DNA of 64,000 nucleotides from assembly GCA_030390025.1 (NCBI GenBank), contig CM059433.1:25918001-25982000 (forward strand). The letters are read 5' to 3'. Below, one piece after another: positions 24,901 through 39,900 of the stretch (position 1 is the stretch's first letter; each line of letters starts with the position of its first letter). Source of the DNA: Squalus acanthias. Taxonomy: Eukaryota. Below the pieces are notes generated by a model, which made no database searches, was not told where the DNA came from, and saw only the letters and a program-made list of their open reading frames with translations. Both the position numbers and the translations under genes were made by a program.

Positions 24901-27900
24901 TCAGCTTATATAGACAGGACAGACTGCCATTGATTAGTCAGCTTATATAGACAGGACAAACTGCTATTGATTCGTCTGCTTATATAGACAGGACAGACTG
25001 CCATTGATTAGTCTGCTGATATAGACAGGACAGACTGCCATTGATTAGACTGCTTATATAGACAGGACTGACTGTTATTGATTAGACTGCTTATATAGAC
25101 AGGACAGACTGTTATTGATTAGACTGCTTAAATAGACAGGACAGACTGCTGCTGAGTAGTCAGCTTATATAGACAGGACAAACTGCTATTGTTTAGTCTG
25201 CTTATATAGACAGGTCAGACTGCTATTGATTAGTCTGCTTTTTAGACAGGACAGACTGCTATTGAATAGTCAGCTTATATAGACAGGACAGACTGCCAGT
25301 GATTAGTCTTATATAGACAGGACAGACTGCTGTTGATTAGACTGCTTATATAGACAGGACGACAGCCATTGATTAGACTGCTTATAGACAGGACAGACTG
25401 CCATTGATTACTCTGCTTATCTTGACAGGTCAGAGTGCTATTGATTAGTCTGCTTATATAGACAGGATAGACTGCTATTGATTAGTCTTATATAGACAGG
25501 ACAGACTGCTATTGATTAGACTGCTTATATAGACAGGACGACAGCCATTGATTAGACTGCTTATAGACAGGACAGACTGCCATTGATTACTCTGCTTATC
25601 TTGACAGGTCAGAGTGCTATTGATTAGTCTGCTTATATAGACAGGACAGACTGCCAATGATAAGTCTGCTTATATAGACAGGACAGACTGCTATTGATTT
25701 GACTGCTAATATAGACAGACCAGACTGTTATTGATTAGACTGCTTATATAGACAGGACAGACTGCCATTGATTAGCCTGCTTATATAGACAGGACAGACT
25801 GTTATTGATTAGTCTTATATAGACAGGACAGACTGCTATTGATTCGACTGCTTATATAGACAGACCAGACTGTTATTGATTAGACTGCTTATATAGACAG
25901 GACAGACTGCCATTGATTAGCCTGCTTATATAGACAGGACATACTGCTATTGATTAGTCTGCTTATATAGACAGGACAGTCTGCCATTGATTAGTCTGCT
26001 TATACAGACAGGACAGACTGCTATTGATTAGTCTGCTTATATAGACAGGACAGACTGCTATTGATTAGTCTGCTTATATAGACAGGACAGACTGCTGTTG
26101 ATTAGTCTGCTTATATAGACAGGACATACTGCTATTGATTAGTCTGCTTATATAGACAGGACAGACTGCTATTGATTAGTCTGCTTATATAGACAGGACA
26201 GACTGCTATTGATTAGTCTGCTTATATAGACAGGACAGTCTGCCATTGATTAGTCTGCTTATACAGACAGGACAGACTGCTATTGATTAGTCTGCTTATA
26301 TAGACTGGACAGACTGCTGTTGATTAGTCTGCTTATATAGACAGGACAGACTGCTATTGATTAGTCTGCTTATATAGACAGGACAGACTGCTGTTGATTA
26401 GTCTGCTTATATAGACAGGACAGACTGCTATTGATTAGGGTGCTTATATAGACAGGACAGACTGCTATTGATTAGTCTGCTTATATAGACAGGACAGACT
26501 GCTATTGATTAGGGTGCTTATATAGACAGGACAGACTGCTATTGATTAGGGTTCTTATGTAGACAGGACAGACTGCTATTGATTAGGGTGCTTATATAGA
26601 CAGGACAGACTGCCAGTGATTGGTCTGATATAGGCAGGACAGACTGCTATTGATTAGTCTGCTTATATAGACAGGACAGACTGCTATTGATTAGTCTGCT
26701 TATATAGACAGGACAGACTGCTATTGATTAGGGTTCTTATGTAGACAGGACAGACTGCTATTGATTAGGGTTCTTATGTAGACAGGACAGACTGCTGTTG
26801 AGTAGTCAGCTTATATAGACAGGACAGACTGCCATTGATTAGTCAGCTTATATAGACAGGACAAACTGCTATTGATTCGTCTGCTTATATAGACAGGACA
26901 GACTGCTATTGTTTAGTCTGCTTATATAGACAGGACAGACTGCCATTGATTAGTCAGCTTATATAGACAGGACAGACTGCTATTGATTAGGGTTCTTATG
27001 TAGACAGGACAGACTGCTATTGATTAGGGTTCTTATATAGACAGGACAGACTGCCATTGATTAGTCTGCTTATATAGACAGGACAGACTGCTATTGATTA
27101 GTCTGCTTATATAGACAGGACAGACTGCCATTGATTAGTTTGCTTATATAGACAGGACAGACTGCTATTGATTAGTCTGCTTATATAGACAGGACAGACT
27201 GCTATTGATTAGGGTGCTTATATAGGCAGGACAGATAGCTGTTGATTAGGGTGCTTATATAGGCAGGACAGACTGTTATTGATTAATCAGCTTATATAGA
27301 CAGGACAGACTGCCATTGATTAGTCTGCTTATATAGACAGGACAGACTGCTATTGATTAGTCTGCTTATATCGACAGGACAGACTGCCATTGATTAGTCT
27401 GCTTATATAGACAGGACAGTCTGCCATTGATTAGTCTGCTTATATAGACAGGACAGACTGCCATTGATTAGTCTGCTTATATAGACAGGACAGACTGCTA
27501 TTGATTAGTCTGCTTATATAGACAGGACAGACTGACATTGATTAGTCTGCTTATATAGACAGGACAGTCTGCCATTGATTAGTCTGCTTATATAGATAGG
27601 ACAGACTGCTATTGATTAGTCTGCTTATATAGACAGGACAGACTGCTATTGATTAGTCTGCTTATATAGACAGGACAGACTGACATTGATTAGTCTGCTT
27701 ATATAGACAGGACAAACTGCTATTGATTAGGGTGCTTATATAGAAAGGACAGACTGCCAGTGATTGGCCTTATATAGTCAGGACAGACTGCTATTGATTA
27801 GTCAGCTTATATAGACAGGACAGACTGCTATTGATTAGGGTGCTTATATAGACAGGACAGACTGCTATTGATTAGTCTGCTTATATAGACAGGACAGACT

Positions 27901-30900
27901 GCTATTGATTAGGGTGCTTATATAGGCAGGTCAGACTGCTATTGATTAGTCTTATATAGACAGGACCGACTGCCATTGATTAGTCTGCTTATATAGACAG
28001 GACCGACTGTTATTCATTAGTCTGCTTATATAGACAGGACAGACTGCTATTGATTAGGGTGCTTATATAGACAGGACAGACTGCCAGTGATTGGTCTGAT
28101 ATAGGCAGGACAGACTGCTATTGATTAGTCTGCTTATATAGACAGGACAGACTGCTATTGATTAGTCTGCTTATATAGACAGGACAGACTGCTATTGATT
28201 AGGGTTCTTATGTAGACAGGACAGACTGCTATTGATTAGGGTTCTTATGTCGACAGGACAGACTGCTGTTGAGTAGTCAGCTTATATAGACAGGACAGAC
28301 TGCCATTGATTAGTCAGCTTATATAGACAGGACAGACTGCTATTGATTAGTCTGCTGATAGAGGCAGGACTAACTGCTATTAATTAGGGTTCTTATGTAG
28401 ACAGGACAGACTGCTGTTGAGTAGTCAGCTTATATAGACAGGACAGACTGCTATTGATGAGTCAGCTTACATAGACAGGACTAACTGCTATTGATTAGGG
28501 TTCTTATGTAGACAGGACAGACTGCCATTGATTAGTCTGCTTATATAGACAGGACAGACTGCCATTGATTAGTTTGCTTATATAGACAGGACAGACTGCC
28601 ATTGATTAGTTTGCTTATATCGACAGGACAGACTGCCATTGATTAGTCTGCTTATATAGACAGGACAGACTGCTATTGATTAGTTTGCTTATATAGACAG
28701 GACAGACTGCCATTGATTAGTTTGCTTATATAGACAGGACAGACTGCCATTGATTAGTCTGCTTATATAGACAGGACAGACTGCCATTGATTAGTTTGCT
28801 TATATAGACAGGACAGACTGCCATTGATTAGTCTGCTTATATAGACAGGACATACTGCTATTGATTAGTCTGCTGATAGAGGCAGGACTAACTGCTATTG
28901 ATTAGGGTTCTTATGTAGACAGGACAGACTGCCATTGATTAGTCTGCTTATATAGACAGGACAGACTGCTATTGATTAGTTTGCTTATATAGACAGGACA
29001 GACAGCTATTGATTAGTCTGCTGATAGAGGCAGGACTAACTGCTATTGATTAGGGTTCTTATGTAGACAGGACAGACTGCCATTGATTAGTCTGCTTATA
29101 TAGACAGGACAGACTGCTATTGATTAGTTTGCTTATATAGACAGGACAGACTGCCATTGATTAGTCTGCTTATATAGACAGGACAGACTGCCATTGATTA
29201 GTCTGCTTATATAGACAGGACCGACTGTTATTGATTAGTCTGCTTATATAGACAGGTCAGAGTGCTATTGATTAGGGTGCGAATATAGACAGGACAGACT
29301 GCTATTGATTAGTCTGCTTATATAGACAGGTCAGAGTGCTATTGATTAGGGTGCGAATATAGACAAGACAAACTGCTATTGATTAGTCTGCTTATATAGA
29401 CAGGACAGACTGCTATTGATTAGTCTGCTTATATAGACAGGACAGACTGCTATTGATTAGGGTGCGAATATAGACAGGACAAACTGCTATTGATTAGTCT
29501 GCTTATATAGACAGGACAGACTGCTATTGATTAGTCTGCTTATATAGACAGGACAGACTGTTATTGATTAGTCTGCTTATATAGACAGGACAGACTGCTA
29601 TTGATTAGGGTGCTTATATAGGCAGGACAGACTGTTATTGATTAATCAGCTTATATAGACAGGACAGATTGCTATTGATTAGTCTGCTTATATAGACAGG
29701 ACAGACTGCTATTGATTAGTCTGCTTATATAGACAGGACCGACAGTTATTGATTAGTCTCCTTATATAGACAGGACAAACTGCCAGTGATTAGTCTTATA
29801 TAGACAGGACCGACTGAAATTGATTAGTCTGCTTATATAGACAGGACCGACTGCTATTGATTAGGGTGCTTATATAGACAGGACAGACTGCCATTGATTA
29901 GTCTGCTTATATAGACAGGACAGACAGCTATTGATTAGTCTGCTTATATAGACAGGACAGACTGCCATTGATTAGTCTGCTTATATAGACAGGACCGACT
30001 GTTATTGATTAGTCTGCTTATAAAGACAGGACAGACTGCCATTGATTAGTCTGCTTATATAAACAGGACAGACTGCTATTGATTAGGGTGCGAATATAGA
30101 CAGGACAAACTGCTATTGATTAGTCTGCTTATATAGACAGGACAGACTGCTATTGATTAGTCTGCTTATATAGACAGGACAGACTGCTATTGATTAGTCT
30201 GCTTATATAGACAGGACGACAGCCATTGATTAGACTGCTTATATAGACAGGACAGACTGCCATTGATTAGTCTGCTTATATAGACAGGACAGACTGTTAT
30301 TGATTAGTCTGCTTATATAGACAGGACAGACTGCCATTGATTAGTCTGCTTATATCGACAGGACTGACTGTTATTGATTAGACTGCTTATATAGACAGGA
30401 CAGACTGCCATTGATTAGTCTGCTTATATCGACAGGACTGACTGTTATTGATTAGACTGCTTATATAGACAGGACAGACTGCCATTGATTAGTCTGCTTA
30501 TCTCGACAGGACAGACTGTTATTGATTAGACTGCTTAAATAGACAGGACAGACTGCTGTTGAGTAGTCAGCTTATATAGACAGGACAGACTGCTATTGAT
30601 TAGGGTGCTTATATAGACAGGACAGACTGCTATTGATTAGTCTGCTTATATAGACAGGACAGACTGCTATTGATTAGGGTGCTTATATAGACAGGACAGA
30701 CTGCTATTGATTAGGCTGCTTATATAGGCAGGTCAGACTGCTATTGATTAGGGTGCTTATATAGGCAGGACAGACTGTTATTGATTAATCAGCTTATATA
30801 GACAGGACAGATTGCTATTGATTAGTCTGCTTATATAGACAGGACCGACTGTTATTCATTAGTCTGCTTATATAGATAGGACAGACTGCCATTGATTAGT

Positions 30901-33900
30901 CAGCTTATATAGACAGGACAGACTGCTATTGATTAGGGTTCTTATGTAGACAGGACAGACTGCTATTGATTAAGGTTCTTATGTAGACAGGACAGACTGC
31001 TGTTGAGTAGTCAGCTTATATAGACAGGACAGACTGCTATTGTTTAGTCTGCTTATATAGACAGGACAGACTGCCATTCATTCATCTGCTTATATAGACA
31101 GGACAGACTGCTATTGTTCAGTCTGCTTATATAGACAGGACAGACTGCCATTCATTCATCTGCTTATGTAGACAGGACAAACTGCTATTGATTATGTTTC
31201 TTATATAGACAGGACAGACTGCTTTTGATTAGTCAGCTTATATAGACAGTACGGACTGCGATTGATTAGTCAGCTTATATAGACAGGACAGACTGCTATT
31301 GATTAGTCTGCTGATAGAGGCAGGACTAACTGCTATTAATTAGGGTTCTTATATAGACAGGACATACTGCTATTGATGAGTCAGCTTACATAGACAGGAC
31401 TAACTGCTATTGATTAGGGTTCTTATGTCGACAGGACAGACTGCCATTGATTAGTCTGCTTATATAGACAGGACAGACTGCCATTGATTAGTTTGCTTAT
31501 ATAGACAGGACGGACTGCTATTGATTAGTCTGCTTATATAGACAGGACATACTGCTTTTGATTAGTTTGCTTATATAGACAGGACAGACTGCCATTGATT
31601 AGTCTGCTTATATAGACAGGACAGACTGCTATTGATTAGTTTGCTTATATAGACAGGACAGACTGCCATTGATTAGTCTGCTTATATAGACAGGACAGAC
31701 TGCCATTGATTAGTTTGCTTATATAGACAGGACAGACTGCCATTGATTAGTCTGCTTATATAGACAGGACAGACTGCCATTGATTAGTCTGCTTATATAG
31801 ACAGGACAGACTGCCATTGATTAGTCTGCTTATATAGACAGGACATACTGCTATTGATTAGTTTGCTTAAATAGACAGGACAGACTGCCATTGATTAGTC
31901 TGCTTATATAGACAGGACAGACTGCCATTCATTAGTCTGCTTATATAGACAGGACAGACTGCCATTGATTAGTTTGCTTATATAGACAGGACAGACTGCC
32001 ATTGATTAGTCTGCTTATATAGACAGGACAGACTGCTATTGATTAGTCAGCTGATATAGACAGGACAGACTGCCATTGATTAGTCTGCTTATATAGACAG
32101 GACAGACTGCCATTGATTAGTTTGCTTATATAGACAGGACAGACTGCCATTGATTAGTCTGCTTATATAGACAGGACAGACTGCCATTGATTAGTCTGCT
32201 TATATAGACAGGACAGACTGCCATTGATTAGTTTGCTTATATAGACAGGACAGACTGCCATTGATTAGTCTGCTTATATAGACAGGACAGACTGCCATTG
32301 ATTAGTTTGCTTATATAGACAGGACAGACTGCCATTGATTAGTCTGCTTATATAGACAGGACAGACAGCTATTGATTAGTCTGCTGATAGAGGCAGGACT
32401 AACTGCTATTAATTAGGGTTCTTATATAGACAGGACAGACAGCTATTGATTAGTCTGCTGATAGAGGCAGGACTAACTGCTATTGATTAGGGTTCTTATA
32501 TAGACAGGACAGACTGCTATTGATGAGTCAGCTTATATAGACAGGACAGACTGCTATTGATTAGTCTGCTGATAGAGGCAGGACTAACTGCTATTGATTA
32601 GGGTTCTTATATAGACAGGACAGACTGCTATTGATGAGTCAGCTTATATAGACAGGTCAGACTGCTATTGATTAGTCTGCTGATAGAGGCAGGACTAACT
32701 GCTATTGATTAGGGTTCTTATATAGACAGGACAGACTGCTATTGATTAGTCAGCTGATATAGACAGAACAGACTGCCATTGATTAGTCTGCTTATATAGA
32801 CAGGACAGACTGCCATTGATTAGGGTGCGAATATAGACAGGACAAACTGCTATTGATTAGTCTGCTTATATAGACAGGACAGACTGTTATTGATTAGTCT
32901 GCTTATATAGACAGGACAGACTGCCATTGATTAGTCTGCTTATATAGACAGGACAGACTGCTATTGATTAGTCTGCTTATATAGACAGGACAGACTGCTA
33001 TTGATTAGGGTGCTTATATAGGCAGGACAGACAGCTATTGATTAGGGTGCTTATATAGGCAGGACAGACTGTTATTGATTAATCAGCTTATATAGACAGG
33101 ACAGATTGCTATTGATTAGTCTGCTTATATAGACAGGACAGACTGCTATTGATTAGTCTGCTTATATAGACAGGACCGACAGTTATGGATTAGTCTCCTT
33201 ATATAGACAGGACAAACTGCCAGTGATTAGTCTTATATAGACAGGACCGACTGAAATTGATTAGTCTGCTTATATAGACAGGACAGACTGCTATTGATTA
33301 GGGTGCTTATATAGACAGGACAGACTGCCAGTGATTGGTCTTATATAGACAGGACCGACTGAAATTGATTAGTCTGCTTATATAGACAGGACAGACTTCT
33401 ATTGATTAGTCTGCTTATATAGACAGGACAGACTGCTGTTGAGTAGTCAGCTTATATAGACAGGACAGACTGCTATTGATTCGTCTGCTTATATAGACAG
33501 GACAGACTGCTATTGATTAGGGTTCTTATGTAGACAGGACAGACTGCTGTTGCGTAGTCAGCTTATATAGACAGGACAGACTGCTATTGTTTAGTCTGCT
33601 TATATAGATAGGACAGACTGCCATTGATTAGTCAGCTTATATAGACAGGACAGACTGCTATTGATTAGGGTTCTTATGTAGACAGGACAGACTGCTATTG
33701 ATTAGGGTTCTTATGTAGACAGGACAGACTGCTGTTGAGTAGTCAGCTTATATAGACAGGACAGACTGCTATTGTTTGGTCTGCTTATATAGATAGGACA
33801 GACTGCCATTGATTAGTCAGCTTATATAGACAGGACAAACTGCTATTGATTCGTCTGCTTATATAGACAGGACAAACTGCCATTGATTAGTCTGCTCATA

Positions 33901-36900
33901 TAGACAGGACAGACTGCTATTGATTAGTCAGCTTATATAGACAGGACAAACTGCTATTGATTAGTCAGCTTTCATAGACAGTACAGACTGCTTTTGATTA
34001 GGGTTCTTATGTAGACAGGACAGACTGCCATTGATTAGTCTGCTTATATAGACAGGACAGACTGCCATTGATTAGTCTGCTTATATAGACAGGACTAGCT
34101 GCCATTGATTATGTTTCATATATAGACAGGACAGACTGCTGTTGATTAGTCAGCTTATATAGACAGGACAGACTGCTGTTGATTAGTCTGCTTATATAGA
34201 CAGGACGGACTGCTATTGATTAGTCAGCTTATATAGACAGGACAGACTGCTATTGATTAGTCTGCTGATAGAAGCAGGACTAACTGCTATTAATTAGGGT
34301 TCTTATATAGACAGGACAGGCTGCCAATGATGAGTCAGCTTACATAGACAGGACTAACTGTTATTGATTAGGGTTCTTATGTAGACAGGACAAACTGCCA
34401 TTGATTAGTCTGCTTATATAGACAGGACAGACTGCCATTGATTAGTCTGCTTATATAGACAGGACAGACTGCCATTGATTAGTCTGCTTATATAGACAGG
34501 ACAGACTGTTATTGATTAGTCTGCTTATATAGACAGGACAGACTGCCATTGATTAGTCTGCTTATATAGACAGGACAGACTGCCATTGATTAGTCTGCTT
34601 ATATAGACAGGACATACTGCTGTTGATTAGTCAGCTTATATAGACAGGACAGACTGCCATTGATTAGTCTGCTTATATAGACAGGACAGACAGCTATTGA
34701 TTAGGGTGCGAATATAGACAGGACAAACTGCTATTGATTAGTCTGCTTATATAGACAGGACAGAGTGCCATTGATTAGTCTGCGAATATAGACAGGACAA
34801 ACTGCTATTGATTAGTCTGCTTATATAGACAGGACAGACTGCCATTGATTAGTCTGCTTATATAGACAGGACAGACTGCCATTGATTAGACTGCTTATAT
34901 AGACAGGACTGACTGTTATTGATTAGACTGCTTATATAGACAGGACAGACTGTTATTGATTAGTCTGCTTATATAGACAGGACAGACTGCCATTGATTAG
35001 TCTGCTTATATAGACAGGACATACTGCTGTTGATTAGTCAGCTTATATAGACAGGACAGACTGCCATTGATTAGTCTGCTTATATAGACAGGACAGACAG
35101 CTATTGATTAGGGTGCGAATATAGACAGGACAAACTGCTATTGATTAGTCTGCTTATATAGACAGGACAGAGTGCCATTGATTAGTCTGCGAATATAGAC
35201 AGGACAAACTGCTATTGATTAGTCTGCTTATATAGACAGGACAGACTGCCATTGATTAGTCTGCTTATATAGACAGGACAGACTGCCATTGATTAGACTG
35301 CTTATATAGACAGGACTGACTGTTATTGATTAGACTGCTTATATAGACAGGACAGACTGTTATTGATTAGACTGCTTAAATAGACAGGACAGACTGCTGT
35401 TGAGTAGTCAGCTTATATAGACAGGACAAACTGCTATTGTTTAGTCTGCTTATATAGACAGGACAGACTGCTATTGATTAGTCAGCTTATATAGACAGGT
35501 CAGACTGCTATTGATTAGTCTGCTTTTTAGACAGGACAGACTGCTATTGAATAGTCAGCTTATATAGACAGGACAGACTGCCAGTGATTAGTCTTATATA
35601 GACAGGACAGACTGCTGTTGATTAGACTGCTTATATAGACAGGACAGACTGCTATTGATTAGACTGCTTATATAGACAGGACGACAGCCATTGATTAGAC
35701 TGCTTATAGACAGGACAGACTCTTATTGATTAGACTGCTTATATAGACAGGACAGACTGCTATTGATTTGTCTGCTTAAATAGACAGGTCAGAGTGCTAT
35801 TGATTACTCTGCTTATCTTGACAGGTCAGAGTGCTATTGATTAGTCTGCTTATATAGACAGGACAGACTGCCAATGATAAGTCTGCATATATAGACATGA
35901 CAGACTGCTATTGATTCGACTGCTTATATAGACAGACCAGACTGTTATTGATTAGACTGCTTATATAGACAGGACAGACTGCTATTGATTAGCCTGCTTA
36001 TATAGACAGGACAGACTGTTATTGATTAGTCTTATATAGACAGGACAGACTGCTATTGATTCGACTGCTTATATAGACAGACCAGACTGTTATTGATTAG
36101 ACTGCTTATATAGACAGGACAGACTGCCATTGATTAGCCTGCTTATATAGACAGGACAGACTGTTATTGATTAGACTGTTTATATAGACAGGACAGACTG
36201 TTATTGATTAGACTGATTATATAGACAGGACAGACTGCCATTGATAAGGGGTCTTATGTAGACAGGACAGACTGCTATTGATTAGACTGTTTATATAGAC
36301 AGGACAGACTGTTATTGATTAGACTGATTATATAGACAGGACAGACTGCCATTGATTAGACTGCTTATATAGACAGGACAGACTGCTATTGATAAGGGTT
36401 CTTATGTAGACAGGACAGACTGCTATTGATTAGACTGTTTATATAGACAGGACAGACTGTTATTGATTAGACTGTTTATATAGACAGGACAGACTGTTAT
36501 TGATTAGACTGCTTATATAGACAGGACAGACTGCCATTGATTAGTCTGCTTATGTAGACAGGACAGACTGCTATTGATTAGTCAGCTTAAATAGACAGGA
36601 CAGACTGTTATTGATTAGACTGCTTATATAGACAGGACAGACTGCTATTGATTAGTCTGCTTATATAGACAGGACAGACTGTTATTGATTAGTCTGCTTA
36701 TATAGACAGGACAGACTGTTATTGATTAGTCTGCTTATATAGACAGGACAGACTGCCATTGATTAGTTTTACATAGACAGGACAGACTGCTATTGATTCG
36801 ACTGCTTATATAGACAGACCAGACTGTTATTGATTAGACTGCTTTTCTAGGCAGGCCAGATTGCTATTGATTAGTCTTTTCTAGACAGGACAGACTGCTA

Positions 36901-39900
36901 TTGATTAGACTGCTTATATAGCCAGACCAGACTGTTATTGATTAGACTGCTTATAGAGACAGGACAGACTGCTATTGATTAGTCTGCTTATATAGACAGG
37001 ACAGACTGTTATTGATTAGTCTGCTTATATCGACAGGACAGACTGCCATTGATTACTCTGCTTATCTTGACAGGTCAGAGTGCTATTGATTAGTCTGCTT
37101 ATATAGACAGGACAGACTGCCAATGATAAGTCTGCTTATATAGACAGGACAGACTGCTATTGATTCGACTGCTTATATAGACAGACCAGACTGTTATTGA
37201 TTAGACTGCTTATATAGACAGGACAGACTGCCATTGATTAGCCTGCTTATATAGACAGGACAGACTGTTATTGATTAGTCTGCTTATATAGACAGGACAG
37301 ACTGCTATTGATAAGGGTTCTTATGTAGACAGGACAGACTGCTATTGATTAGACTGTTTATATAGACAGGACAGACTGTTATTGATTAGACTGATTATAT
37401 AGACAGGACAGACTGCCATTGATTAGACTGCTTATATAGACAGGACAGACTGCTATTGATAAGGGTTCTTATGTAGACAGGACAGACTGCTATTGAGTAG
37501 ACTGTTTATATAGACAGGACAGACTGTTATTGATTAGACTGTTTATATAGACAGGACAGACTGTTATTGATTAGACTGCTTATATAGACAGGACAGACTG
37601 CCATTGATTCGCCTGCTTATATAGACAGGACAGACTGTTATTGATTAGTCTTATATAGACAGGACAGACTGCTATTGATTAGACTGCTTATATAGACAGG
37701 ACAGACTGCCATTGATTAGTCTGCTTATATAGACAGGACAGACTGCTATTGATAAGGGTTCTTATGTAGACAGGACAGACTGCTATTGATTAGACTGTTT
37801 ATAGAGACAGGACAGACTGTTATTGATTAGACTGATTATATAGACAGGACAGACTGCCATTGATTAGACTGCTTATATAGACAGGACAGACTGCCATTGA
37901 TTAGTCTGCTTATATAGACAGGACAGACTGCTATTGATAAGGGTTCTTATGTAGACAGGACAGACTGCTATTGATTAGTCTGCTTATATAGACAGGACAG
38001 ACTGCCATTGATTAGTCTGCTTATATAGACAGGACAGACTGTTATTGATTAGACTGTTTATATAGACAGGACAGACTGTTATTGATTAGACTGCTTATAT
38101 AGACAGGACAGACTGCTATTGATTAGACTGCTTATATAGACAGGACAGACTGCTATTGATTAGTCAGCTTAAATAGACAGGACAGACTGCTATTGATTAG
38201 TCTGCTTATGTAGACAGACCAGACTGTTATTGATTAGACTGCTTATATAGACAGGACAGACTGTTATTGATTAGACTGTTGTTTAGACAGGACAGACTGC
38301 TATTGATTAGACTGCTTATATAGACAGGACAGACTGCTATTGATTAGTCTGCTTATATAGACAGGTCAGAGTGCTATTGATTAGTCTGCTTATATAGACA
38401 GGACAGACTGCCATTGATTAGTTTTACATAGACAGACCAGACTGTTATTGATTAGACTGCTTATATAGGCAGGACAGACTGCTATTGATTAGTCTTATAT
38501 AGACAGGACAGACTGCCATTGATTAGCCTGCTTATATAGACAGGTCAGATTGCTATTGATTAGTCTTATATAGACAGGACAGACTGCTATTGATTAGACT
38601 GCTTATATAGACAGACCAGACTGTTATTGATTAGACTGCTTATAGAGACAGGACAGACTGCTATTGATTCGTCTGCTTATATAGACAGGACAGACTGCTA
38701 TTGATTCGACTGCTTATATAGACAGACCAGACTGTTATTGATTAGACTGCTTTTCTAGGCAGGCCAGATTGCTATTGATTAGTCTTTTCTAGACAGGACA
38801 GACTGCTATTGATTAGACTGCTTATATAGCCAGACCAGACTGTTATTGATTAGACTGCTTATAGAGACAGGACAGACTGCTATTGATTAGTCTGCTTATA
38901 TAGACAGGACAGACTGTTATTGATTAGTCTGCTTATATCGACAGGACAGACTGCCATTGATTACTCTGCTTATCTTGACAGGTCAGAGTGCTATTGATTA
39001 GTCTGCTTATATAGACAGGACAGACTGCCAATGATAAGTCTGCTTATATAGACAGGACAGACTGCTATTGATTCGACTGCTTATATAGACAGACCAGACT
39101 GTTATTGATTAGACTGCTTATATAGACAGGACAGACTGCCATTGATTAGCCTGCTTATATAGACAGGACAGACTGTTATTGATTAGTCTGCTTATATAGA
39201 CAGGACAGACTGCTATTGATAAGGGTTCTTATGTAGACAGGACAGACTGCTATTGATTAGACTGTTTATATAGACAGGACAGACTGTTATTGATTAGACT
39301 GATTATATAGACAGGACAGACTGCCATTGATTAGACTGCTTATATAGACAGGACAGACTGCTATTGATAAGGGTTCTTATGTAGACAGGACAGACTGCTA
39401 TTGAGTAGACTGTTTATATAGACAGGACAGACTGTTATTGATTAGACTGTTTATATAGACAGGACAGACTGTTATTGATTAGACTGCTTATATAGACAGG
39501 ACAGACTGCCATTGATTCGCCTGCTTATATAGACAGGACAGACTGTTATTGATTAGTCTTATATAGACAGGACAGACTGCTATTGATTAGACTGCTTATA
39601 TAGACAGGACAGACTGCCATTGATTAGTCTGCTTATATAGACAGGACAGACTGCTATTGATAAGGGTTCTTATGTAGACAGGACAGACTGCTATTGATTA
39701 GACTGTTTATAGAGACAGGACAGACTGTTATTGATTAGACTGATTATATAGACAGGACAGACTGCCATTGATTAGACTGCTTATATAGACAGGACAGACT
39801 GCCATTGATTAGTCTGCTTATATAGACAGGACAGACTGCTATTGATAAGGGTTCTTATGTAGACAGGACAGACTGCTATTGATTAGTCTGCTTATATAGA

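Noticed and set aside
22608..25657. Two identical 60-aa ORFs
   Set aside because: Chance open frames in duplicated satellite; used only as markers of the duplication.
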